Part shown: positions 19,737-27,541 of the stretch, one piece after another
Layout of the letters: each line of letters begins with the position of its first letter
Position numbering within the stretch: the first letter of the stretch is position 1
NCBI GenBank assembly: GCA_964616045.1
Contig: CAZTTU010000004.1
Location: forward strand, 1-57,236
Source: an uncultured Verrucomicrobiota bacterium
GTDB lineage: Bacteria; Verrucomicrobiota; Verrucomicrobiia; Limisphaerales; UBA1100
DNA: 57,236 nt
Direction of reading: 5' to 3'
Program-made: the position numbers and the translations under genes
The notes under the pieces: model-generated
Databases searched by the model: none
What the model saw: the letters and a program-made list of their open reading frames with translations, nothing else
Told to the model about the DNA's origin: nothing

Positions 19737-20813
19737 TTATCCGCTCAGCACGAGATAAAGCGTCACCGCGGCGATAACGAGCATGACGGCCAGAGTGGCC
19801 AAGACGATATAGAACTCAACGGAGAACCGGCGCCGAGATAACGGGGCGGTTTGAGCGCCGGTGGGCCGACCCGTTCGAGTGGGAGGTGGCGTAATGAACA
19901 GTGGCTGAACGACGGCGCGGGCATCAATGATGTGCGCGATGGCACGGATGGATTCGGGCCGAACCCCCGGATCTTTATCGAGACAATTCATGATCATTTG
20001 CGCAATGTTAGGTGGCACATCGCTTTCAATATTTTTTTCACGCAACCGCGCTTCAATGGGTTGCGGCGGAACAACCTGGAGCTGATGTGAAATATCTCCG
20101 GTGTGAAAAGGCGGCACGCCACACAGTAGTTCGTAGAGTGTGGCACCCAAGGCATATATATCATCGCTTACTTGCGGAGGCTCTCCTTCCATTTGTTGCG
20201 GGCTCATGAAGGTCATTGTGCCGCGGTTATCGCGCAGCCCAAGCAATTCTGTGTAGCCGTCGTTGAGCATAGCAGAGATTCCCAGGTCGGCGAGTTTCAC
20301 GCGGCCCTTGGCGTCGATCATGATATTGGCAGGCTTTAAATCACGATGAATGAGTTGCTCAGTATGGGCGTGATCCAGCGCGCTACAGAGTTGCAGAACC
20401 ACAGGCTTGAGATCAGCCCATGAGAATATGTCGTTCACGCGATCAAATCGCAATGTGTGCAGGCTTGCTCCTTCCACATATTCCATCACTAGGAATGGCG
20501 CTTCGTGTTGGGATTCGAAAATATCGTAGAGTTTCACGATGTTCTGGTGAGTGAGGCGGTGATTTTGGACGGCCTCCTTTCGCAGTTCTTGCTGCATATG
20601 TGGATCCTGCGCCAGTTGTTGCTGCAGAAATTTGAGCGCCACGGTGCCGCCAAGGCGTTCATCGCGCGCCAGCCAAATCACGCAACTGCCCCCGGCGGCC
20701 AGCATCCACAAAAGTGTGTAACGGCCTGCACCTACCAGTTGATCGGAAATCAATTCTGAGGGCGCAGGAACCCCCGCCTTTGGCCCAGGCGTTTGTGGAG
20801 TATTGGAGTTCAC
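19737..20813 (-). CDS. Hanks-type Ser/Thr protein kinase with a C-terminal membrane anchor
   Basis: VALKFL (catalytic Lys), HRDLKPANIMI catalytic loop, KLADLGIS (DFG-like), TMTFMSPQQMEG (APE-like). The extreme C-terminus is hydrophobic (FYIVLATLAVMLVIAAVTLYLVL), with no visible extracytoplasmic domain. Confidence 0.85.
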   Translation of the reverse strand: MNSNTPQTPGPKAGVPAPSELISDQLVGAGRYTLLWMLAAGGSCVIWLARDERLGGTVALKFLQQQLAQDPHMQQELRKEAVQNHRLTHQNIVKLYDIFESQHEAPFLVMEYVEGASLHTLRFDRVNDIFSWADLKPVVLQLCSALDHAHTEQLIHRDLKPANIMIDAKGRVKLADLGISAMLNDGYTELLGLRDNRGTMTFMSPQQMEGEPPQVSDDIYALGATLYELLCGVPPFHTGDISHQLQVVPPQPIEARLREKNIESDVPPNIAQMIMNCLDKDPGVRPESIRAIAHIIDARAVVQPLFITPPPTRTGRPTGAQTAPLSRRRFSVEFYIVLATLAVMLVIAAVTLYLVLSG

Positions 20814-20879
20814 GGAAAAGGTTTTATTTTAAGGATTGCCTATTTGCCAATGTTTTTGCGAAATAAACGGCTCCGTTCA

Positions 20880-21185
20880 ATGCAGATCAGCTACCAATAT
20901 CAAGGCAAATGGCACCTCAAATCGCTTTCCGAGGCGATAGTGGTGGTCGGCCGACCCAATGCCCAGGAGGAGATTGGCATTGACCTGAGCCCGGACACCA
21001 CTGTGAGCCGAATACACGCCAAGATTTGGCTGGCGAACGGTCTGTGTTGGATAGAAGACTTGGGCAGCCGCTACGGGACCACGATCAATGGTACCCGCAT
21101 CACAGCTCGTCAACAGCTTCAAGAGGGCGATTCCATCGGCATTGGAGAAACCACTCTCCGGGTGGACGCCGATAACGGGCAATAA
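20880..21185 (+). CDS. small stand-alone FHA-domain protein
   Basis: VVVGRPNAQ...DTTVSRIHAKIWL...IEDLGSRYGTTINGTRI matches the G-R...S..H...NG FHA signature. I chose the ATG at 20880. The track start at 20793 would overlap the divergent kinase start at 20813. Confidence 0.75.
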   Translation: MQISYQYQGKWHLKSLSEAIVVVGRPNAQEEIGIDLSPDTTVSRIHAKIWLANGLCWIEDLGSRYGTTINGTRITARQQLQEGDSIGIGETTLRVDADNGQ

Positions 21186-21327
21186 GTACCCAGCCTCCCT
21201 TTATCATATTCACCAAATAAACAAGATTATCTATAATTAAGCCATTTTTAGCCTATATGTTTGGCTATAAATATCTTTTTTTTGATTAAATGCGATTTTT
21301 AATCCATTTTCATGGATTATTCACAGT

Positions 21328-21343
21328 TGGCATGCGCCCTGCT
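21328..21343 (+). promoter_or_regulatory. sigma54-type (-24/-12) promoter candidate upstream of fliW-csrA-flagellin
   Basis: TGGCAT-GCGCC-CTGCT against consensus TGGCAC-N5-TTGCW. GG and GC are at the canonical spacing. It lies 27 nt upstream of the fliW ATG, preceded by an AT-rich 140-nt region. Confidence 0.45.
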
Positions 21344-21369
21344 TTGTTCATCGGTGAACAGTAGTCGCT

Positions 21370-21810
21370 ATGTTGACGATTGAAAATAAACGTACAGAAA
21401 CCAGCCCCCCCGCGGAAGCCAAAGCCGTGGAAACAGGGACTGAGTTGTACTTCCCTTCTGGTTTGCTGGGGTTCGAGATGAACAAGCAGTTTGAATTGAT
21501 CACCGATCCCGAGCTATCCCCTTACCAGTGGCTAAAGGGCACGGATGCCGACCAAAGCTTTCTCGTCATCCCCCCCAGCTACGTGGTGGAAAATTACAGC
21601 ATCGATTTGGCCGATGAAGATGTAGCCCTGCTGGGGCTAGAAAACCCCGATGATGCCGTGGTGCTTAATATCGCCACCTATCATGCGGATGAAACCGTGA
21701 CCGTAAACCTGAAGGGCCCACTCGTGTACAACACAACCACGAAAGCCGCCCGCCAGATCGTGCCACGTAACGCAGCCGACCTCTCACTCGCCCACCCGAT
21801 GGGCAATTGA
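21370..21810 (+). CDS. fliW: flagellar assembly factor FliW
   Basis: 146 aa. LYFPSGLLGFEMNKQFELI...PYQWLKGTD...SFLVIPP...NLKGPLVYN is typical FliW. It sits immediately upstream of csrA and flagellin. Confidence 0.85.
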   Translation: MLTIENKRTETSPPAEAKAVETGTELYFPSGLLGFEMNKQFELITDPELSPYQWLKGTDADQSFLVIPPSYVVENYSIDLADEDVALLGLENPDDAVVLNIATYHADETVTVNLKGPLVYNTTTKAARQIVPRNAADLSLAHPMGN

Positions 21811-21843
21811 TGAGGCCTAAAGCCGTGAAAGGAAGAATATCCC

Positions 21844-22062
21844 ATGCTGGTTCTATCAAGAAAAACGAACGAGAGCATTGTCATCGATGGGAATGTGACG
21901 GTGAGCGTGTTGCGAGTGGACAATGATAATGTCCGGATCGGAATTGATGCCCCGTTGGAAATCCCAGTGTTACGCAAGGAAATTTACGAGGAAATCAAGA
22001 CAAACAATGAAGTGGCCGCTGGATCGGCCAAACGAAAAGTAAGGCAACTGGTAAACAATTAA
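21844..22062 (+). CDS. csrA: carbon storage regulator CsrA (flagellar FliW-partner type)
   Basis: 72 aa. MLVLSRKTNESIVIDGNVTVSVLRVDNDNVRIGIDAPLEIPVLRKEIYEEI. Confidence 0.95.
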   Translation: MLVLSRKTNESIVIDGNVTVSVLRVDNDNVRIGIDAPLEIPVLRKEIYEEIKTNNEVAAGSAKRKVRQLVNN

Positions 22063-22117
22063 GGTTGAAGAAGAATTTTAACCCAAAACTAACAACAACC
22101 AATAGAAGGAACGAACC

Positions 22118-23242
22118 ATGGTTATTAATACCAATGTTGAGGCCCAAAGGACGGCCAACAACCTAAATGTAAGCCAGACCAATCTGGCCAAATCACTGAG
22201 CCGACTCAGTTCGGGCTCACGCATTGTTAACCCGTCTGACGACGCCGCCGGCTTGGCGGTGAGCTCACGATTGAGGGCGCAGATTAAGCGTCTTGATTCC
22301 GCGCTCTCCAATGTCGTCAACGCCGTCTCGTTTACCCAAACCCAGGACGGTTTTATGAAGACGGTGGATAAAGCCTTTCGTCGTATGGGCGAGCTGGCGA
22401 TGCTTGCACGGGATGAAACCAAATCCACCCAGGATCGCGCGCTTTATGACCAGGAGTTTCAGCAACTCAAGGACTATATCGTTGACACTACGGGGAAGGA
22501 GTTTAACTCCGTGCCTCTCTTTGATGGTTCAGACATTGCGGTGACCATTGATTCCGAAGGCGATACCTTTGAGATGGCCGGGATCGATATGGCCCACGCG
22601 AAATATACAGATGCGATGCTCAAGTCAGATCAACTTTTGACAGGAGTGTCCGTCGCTTTAGCGAACGACACATTCACCACACAGACAGCTCATGGGTACT
22701 CCACAGGTGAAATAATCCAGATTGATGGTGCTAACATACCGGCACCCACAGTTGGGTCTGATGACGACACTCAGACAGAATATTATGTGACTGTCGTGAG
22801 CCCAACCACCTTCACAATCCATACTGCAACTCCTCCGGTTGCCGGCAATAAGGTGGCTATTACTGAGGATATGACTGATATTAGTATCCTCGGTCCTTCC
22901 GCTGATACTCCCACTACCCTGGGCACCATTACACGAGGTGTGCATATCAAGACAGCCCTTCAGGCCGATGATGCGCTCACCAAGGTGAAGACAGCTATTT
23001 CTCAGGTGGCGCAAGACCGTGCGGCGCTGGGTGCTGTTCAATCCCGTTTGAACTTCACCAACGAGCAGCTCTCGGTGACGAAGGAGAACTTGAGTTCTGC
23101 CATTAGCCGTATTGCTGATGTGGATGTGGCCGAAGAGGCTACTCAATACGCCCGCTACCAGATTCTGGTACAATCGGGCACACAAATGCTTACACAAGCC
23201 AACCAACTGCCGAATGCGGCACTGCAACTCCTCCGCGGATAA
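22118..23242 (+). CDS. fliC: flagellin
   Basis: N-terminal MVINTNVEAQRTANNLNVSQTNLAKSLSRLSSGSRIVNPSDDAAGLAVS and C-terminal ILVQSGTQMLTQANQLPNAALQLLRG conserved segments. The variable centre is Thr/Ser-rich. RBS AAGGA lies 7-11 nt upstream. Confidence 0.95.
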   Translation: MVINTNVEAQRTANNLNVSQTNLAKSLSRLSSGSRIVNPSDDAAGLAVSSRLRAQIKRLDSALSNVVNAVSFTQTQDGFMKTVDKAFRRMGELAMLARDETKSTQDRALYDQEFQQLKDYIVDTTGKEFNSVPLFDGSDIAVTIDSEGDTFEMAGIDMAHAKYTDAMLKSDQLLTGVSVALANDTFTTQTAHGYSTGEIIQIDGANIPAPTVGSDDDTQTEYYVTVVSPTTFTIHTATPPVAGNKVAITEDMTDISILGPSADTPTTLGTITRGVHIKTALQADDALTKVKTAISQVAQDRAALGAVQSRLNFTNEQLSVTKENLSSAISRIADVDVAEEATQYARYQILVQSGTQMLTQANQLPNAALQLLRG

Positions 23243-23270
23243 ACAACGGGGGAAACCTGAAGACACCGCC

Positions 23271-24605
23271 ATGGACGGCACCGTCAACCAAGGAAACTAT
23301 TGGAAGTTGTTGGGTTTTACCGCTGGCCGCGGGGTCCAAAAAGGGACCCCCGGCCAGTCGGCCTTTTCAAAACTCCCCCACTCTGCTAGCCTCCGCTCAA
23401 GGAGGCATAAGCTGAGCACCCCATCCAGTCTCATCATTGGCGGCGGCATCGTGGGTCTGGCCACCGCACGACAGCTGCTGCGAAAAAATCCCGGCGCGCA
23501 AGTCACCGTGCTGGAAAAAGAATCCGCCCCCGGCCAGCACCAGACTGGCAACAATAGCGGTGTGCTCCACTGCGGTCTCTACTATACCCCTGGCTCACTC
23601 AAGGCCCGCCTCGCCGTGGAGGGCATCCGTGAGATGGTTGAATTTTGTGCAAAACACAATGTGCCGCACGAGGTCTGCGGCAAACTCGTCGTGGCCACCA
23701 ACGACGCGGAAGTAGCCCGCATGGAAAAACTGCGAGAGCGAGGCACCGCCAACGGTCTCAAGGGTTTGGAGAAATTTTCAAAGGAACAAATGCGCGAGAT
23801 TGAGCCACACGTCGGCGGCATTGCTGCGCTCAAGGTTCCGCAGGAAGGCATTGTCGATTACCACGCCGTAGTCACCGCAATGGTGGATGATATCGAGAAA
23901 ATGGGCGCGCAAGTCATTACAGGAGCTAGGGTTACGAAACTCCACGAAGGCATCGAATGGACCGCCGAAACCACCGCGGGCGACTTCTCCGCCGACTGGA
24001 TAATCAACTGCGCCGGTCTTTATTGCGATCGAGTAAGCCAACTGGCCGGCCAAAAACGCGACCTGCGCATCGTCCCCTTCCGGGGCGAATATTACAAAAT
24101 CAAGCCCGGGTCACAGCACTTGGTGAAGCATTTAATTTATCCCGTGCCTGATCCACAGTTCCCTTTTCTTGGGGTACACTTCACCCGCCTAATTGGCGGT
24201 GGAATCGAAGCCGGCCCCAACGCCGTGCTCGCCTTTGCCCGCGAAGGCTATTCCAAAACAAACCTCAATCTGTGCGACCTCTTCGACGCCCTCACCTACT
24301 CCGGCCTCTGGCGGTTTGCATTCAAGTATCCGAAAATGTGCGTACAGGAGTTACGCGGATCCTTCAGTAAAAAATATTTCTGCAAACAATTGCAGAAACT
24401 CGTCCCCGAGATACAACCCAGCGATCTGGAAACCGGCGGTACCGGCGTCCGCGCCCAAGCCATGTCCCCGGAAGGAGGACTGGTTCAGGATTTTCATTTT
24501 GCCCGCGGCCAACGAGCACTTCACGTGCTCAATGCACCCAGTCCAGCCGCCACTGCCTCGCTGGCAATTGGCAGCGAGATTGTAAATCAACTGAAATTTA
24601 ACTGA
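23271..24605 (+). CDS. lhgO: L-2-hydroxyglutarate oxidase-like FAD-dependent oxidoreductase
   Basis: IIGGGIVGLATA...LEKESAPGQHQTGNNSGVLHCGLYYTPGSLKA...PFRGEYYK...HLIYPVPDPQFPFLGVHFTR...GPNAVLAF.REGY...GVRAQAMSPEG...VLNAPSPAATASL closely parallels E. coli LhgO/YgaF as I remember it. The start is uncertain. The first ATG after the flagellin stop is 23271. A CTG at 23412 has a perfect AGGAGG 6 nt upstream. Confidence 0.85.
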   Translation: MDGTVNQGNYWKLLGFTAGRGVQKGTPGQSAFSKLPHSASLRSRRHKLSTPSSLIIGGGIVGLATARQLLRKNPGAQVTVLEKESAPGQHQTGNNSGVLHCGLYYTPGSLKARLAVEGIREMVEFCAKHNVPHEVCGKLVVATNDAEVARMEKLRERGTANGLKGLEKFSKEQMREIEPHVGGIAALKVPQEGIVDYHAVVTAMVDDIEKMGAQVITGARVTKLHEGIEWTAETTAGDFSADWIINCAGLYCDRVSQLAGQKRDLRIVPFRGEYYKIKPGSQHLVKHLIYPVPDPQFPFLGVHFTRLIGGGIEAGPNAVLAFAREGYSKTNLNLCDLFDALTYSGLWRFAFKYPKMCVQELRGSFSKKYFCKQLQKLVPEIQPSDLETGGTGVRAQAMSPEGGLVQDFHFARGQRALHVLNAPSPAATASLAIGSEIVNQLKFN

Positions 24606-24627
24606 TCGAATAAAGGAAACAACACAA

Positions 24628-25560
24628 ATGAAAATCCTAATTACTGGCGGCGCAGGCTACCTCGGCTCCATCATGACTCCCTATCTTCTCGGCAAAGGCC
24701 ACGAGGTGACAGTCCTCGACAATTTTCTTTTCCGCCAAAACAGCCTGGCTGACTGTTGCCAATACGACACTTTTGGTATTGTGCGTGGCGACTGTCGTGA
24801 TGCAGATAACATCAAGCCGCTTTTGAAACAGGCAGATGTCATTATTCCGCTCGCTGCACTCGTTGGGGCACCATTGTGTAATGATGACAAACTCGCCGCC
24901 GAAAGCGTGAATCACGGCGCAGTGCAACTGCTCTGCGACCTTGCCAGCACCGATCAACGGATCATCATGCCCATCACCAACAGTGGTTACGGCGTGGGTG
25001 AAGAAGGTAAATTTTGCACCGAGGAAACACCGCTACGTCCCATTACTCTATACGGCCGCACCAAAGTAGCGGCGGAAGAATCGGTGCTTGCGCGCGACAA
25101 CAGCATCAGCTTCCGCCTCGCCACTGTCTTTGGCATGGCTCCACGCATGCGATTGGACTTGTTGGTGAACGATTTTGTATACCGCGCCGTAAATGATCGG
25201 GCTCTTCTGATTTTTGAAGGACATTTTAAACGCAACTACATTCACGTGCGCGACATTGCCCGCGTATTCGAACATGCCATCGACAACTTTGACGCCATGA
25301 AGGGAAATCCATACAACGCCGGTCTTGAGGAAGCCAACCTCTCCAAGCTCGAGTTATGTGCAAAGATCAAGAATCACTTGCCGAATTTTGTCTATGTGGA
25401 AGCCGAAGTGGGTGAAGACCCCGACAAACGGGATTACATTGTTTCCAATCAACGGCTGCTTGAATCAGGTTTTAATACCCAATGGGATCTTGACCGAGGC
25501 ATTCGTGAATTGATCAAGGGGTACACAATCATCCGTAACACGATTTATTCAAACGCATGA
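24628..25560 (+). CDS. NAD-dependent epimerase/dehydratase (extended SDR) acting on a nucleotide sugar
   Basis: MKILITGGAGYLGS Rossmann motif and YGRTK catalytic Y...K. 310 aa. Its stop overlaps the next start (ATGA at 25557-25560). Confidence 0.8.
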   Translation: MKILITGGAGYLGSIMTPYLLGKGHEVTVLDNFLFRQNSLADCCQYDTFGIVRGDCRDADNIKPLLKQADVIIPLAALVGAPLCNDDKLAAESVNHGAVQLLCDLASTDQRIIMPITNSGYGVGEEGKFCTEETPLRPITLYGRTKVAAEESVLARDNSISFRLATVFGMAPRMRLDLLVNDFVYRAVNDRALLIFEGHFKRNYIHVRDIARVFEHAIDNFDAMKGNPYNAGLEEANLSKLELCAKIKNHLPNFVYVEAEVGEDPDKRDYIVSNQRLLESGFNTQWDLDRGIRELIKGYTIIRNTIYSNA

Positions 25561-26288
25561 TGCCCGTCCCACGCGACATCACGGCGTTGATTCTGGCCGG
25601 TGGTTTCGGCACGCGAGTGAAGGATTTACTCGGTGACCTTCCCAAGCCCATGGCACCAGTTAAGGGTCGGCCGTTTGTGGAGTGGATTGTCCGCTGGTTA
25701 AAGGCACAGGACGTACGTGAGGTGATCATCTCCACCGGCTATCGCGCGGAAGTGGTGGAGAATCACTTTGAATCGACGCCCGTTTCAGAAATGAATGTGT
25801 GCTGCATCGCGGAACCGGAGCCGTTGGGCACCGGCGGAGGGCTTGCCTATGCCGCGGCCAAATGTGACACGACGCCGACGGCTTGGCTGGTGTTGAACGG
25901 AGATTCGATCATCTTTGCCAATGTGATGGCGATCACTGAATCGCTCGGGCAAGCCGATGGCGTAATGGTTACCCGCACGGTGCCAGACACTTCGCGTTAC
26001 GGCAGTGTGTGTGCTGATGAATCCGGCCGCATCACGGCCTTCAAGGAGAAACACCCCGGCAGCGGCGAAATAAATGCCGGTGTCTACCTGCTGCGACCCG
26101 AGGTGCTCGCGAATTTTCCGGAAGCTCGACCACTTAGCTTGGAACAGGATATATTTCCAAGTTTGCTGGGTCAACCGGGAGGCGTGAAGGCGCATCGGAT
26201 TGAAACCGCTTTTCTCGACATCGGCACCCCAGAAACTTTGCCCAAAGCAGAGGCGTTTATACGGGAAAATCAGGCTGAATTCGCCTGA
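25557..26288 (+). CDS. hddC: sugar-1-phosphate nucleotidyltransferase, HddC-like (D-glycero-alpha-D-manno-heptose-1-P guanylyltransferase-like)
   Basis: ALILAGGFGTRVKDLLGDLPKPMAPVKGRPFVEWIV NTP-transferase signature. 243 aa. Paired with an HddA-like kinase. Confidence 0.6.
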   Translation: MMPVPRDITALILAGGFGTRVKDLLGDLPKPMAPVKGRPFVEWIVRWLKAQDVREVIISTGYRAEVVENHFESTPVSEMNVCCIAEPEPLGTGGGLAYAAAKCDTTPTAWLVLNGDSIIFANVMAITESLGQADGVMVTRTVPDTSRYGSVCADESGRITAFKEKHPGSGEINAGVYLLRPEVLANFPEARPLSLEQDIFPSLLGQPGGVKAHRIETAFLDIGTPETLPKAEAFIRENQAEFA

Positions 26289-26362
26289 TATTTCACCTAT
26301 TTTAGCCATCAAAAAGGCCTTTATAGGCCGTTTATCCCTAAAAAAAGCCTTTTACCATCAAG

Positions 26363-26378
26363 TGGCACGCCATGTGCT
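26363..26378 (+). promoter_or_regulatory. sigma54-type promoter candidate inside the sugar operon (upstream of the GHMP kinase)
   Basis: TGGCAC-GCCAT-GTGCT lies 69 nt upstream of the ATG at 26447, in a 158-nt intergenic gap. It is 17/18 identical to the candidate upstream of fliO (55322-55339, - strand). Confidence 0.5.
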
Positions 26379-26446
26379 GCTCCCACGACGGGCAGGTTGT
26401 ATTTTCCTGCCTAATTTAGGTCCAAAAACGACGAAACACGCAGTTT

Positions 26447-27538
26447 ATGATTATCACACGTACACCGTTTCGCGTCTCCATGTTTGGAGGCGGTACAGAC
26501 TATCCAGGGTGGTATCGGGAACACGGCGGAGCCGTATTATCCACGACCATCGACAAGTACTGCTACATTACAGCGCGACACCTGCCGCCATTTTTTGAAC
26601 ACCGCTTTCGCGTGGTGTATTCGCAAATCGAGAGTGCCAACACCATAGAAGAAATAGAGCATCCCTCGGTGCGCGCCACGCTGAATTATATGAACCTCAA
26701 TCGCGGGATTGAGATTCATCACGACGGCGACCTGCCTGCCCGCAGCGGTATGGGCAGCAGTTCGTCCTTCACAGTCGGTTTGTTGAACGCCCTGCACGCG
26801 TTGAAGGGCCATATGGCCACTAAGGAACAGTTGGCCAATGAAAGTATTCTGGTTGAGCAGGACATTCTCAAGGAAACGGTCGGCTCACAGGACCAAGTAA
26901 ATGCTGCCTACGGTGGTTTTAACCATATTACATTTCATCAATCCGGTGAAATCTCCGTGCGTCCCGTGATCATTCCTCCGGATCGATTGGAAGAACTCAC
27001 TTCCCACTTGATGCTCTTTTACACAGGCATTAAGCGCACCGCCGACAAGGTGGCCGGCTGCTATGTGCCCTCGCTCGAGGCAAAGCGCCGCCAGTTGCGC
27101 ATCCTGCGTGACATGGTGGAGGAGGCACTCTCCATTCTTTGTGGCCATGGGCCGATCAAAGAGTACGGAGAATTGCTGCACGAAGGATGGCTCGCCAAGC
27201 AGGCCATCAGCGACAAGATTTCCAATGCCGCCATCGCCGAGCTTTATGACGCTGCTAGAAGTGCCGGCGCCATCGGCGGCAAGATCACCGGCGCCGGCGG
27301 TGGTGGATTCATGCTTCTCTTTGTGCCACCACAGCATCAACCCGAAGTGCGCGAGAAACTCAATACGCTTCTCCACGTGCCGTTCAACTTTGAGAAGGCT
27401 GGCAGTCAGGTCATTTTTTATGACCGAGACCAGGATTACTCCGCAGCCGAAGCTGACAACAAATCCCGTAATCTCGCTGAGTTTCGTGAGCTGGACGATG
27501 TGGAAGCGACTGCCAGAGCCGTTGCCAACTTTGTTTAA
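26447..27538 (+). CDS. hddA: GHMP-family sugar kinase, HddA-like (D-glycero-D-manno-heptose-7-P kinase-like)
   Basis: MIITRTPFRVSMFGGGTDYPGWY...LPARSGMGSSSSF (GHMP motif II)...TGAGGGGF (motif III). 363 aa. Confidence 0.65.
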   Translation: MIITRTPFRVSMFGGGTDYPGWYREHGGAVLSTTIDKYCYITARHLPPFFEHRFRVVYSQIESANTIEEIEHPSVRATLNYMNLNRGIEIHHDGDLPARSGMGSSSSFTVGLLNALHALKGHMATKEQLANESILVEQDILKETVGSQDQVNAAYGGFNHITFHQSGEISVRPVIIPPDRLEELTSHLMLFYTGIKRTADKVAGCYVPSLEAKRRQLRILRDMVEEALSILCGHGPIKEYGELLHEGWLAKQAISDKISNAAIAELYDAARSAGAIGGKITGAGGGGFMLLFVPPQHQPEVREKLNTLLHVPFNFEKAGSQVIFYDRDQDYSAAEADNKSRNLAEFRELDDVEATARAVANFV

Positions 27539-27541
27539 ACT

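Noticed and set aside
23112-23270. The track start of the lhgO-like ORF at 23112.
   Set aside because: It would overlap the last 130 nt of flagellin in another frame. The added residues are non-homologous. The first ATG after the flagellin stop is 23271.
22078-23287. Minus-strand ORFs 22078-22428, 22265-22465 and 22658-23287 (up to 209 aa) opposite flagellin.
   Set aside because: They are antisense to an unmistakable flagellin gene and have no recognisable motifs, so they are shadow ORFs.
26316-26329. GGCCT-ttat-AGGCC hairpin after the hddC-like stop, considered as a terminator.
   Set aside because: It has only a 5-bp stem and no real U-tract, so it is too weak to call. It may still modulate read-through ahead of the sigma54 motif.
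26200-26598. A 132-aa + strand ORF spanning the hddC-hddA intergenic gap.
   Set aside because: It overlaps the 3' end of one well-supported gene and the 5' end of the next in alternative frames. The sequence is Arg/Leu-rich with no motif. The gap is better explained by a promoter.
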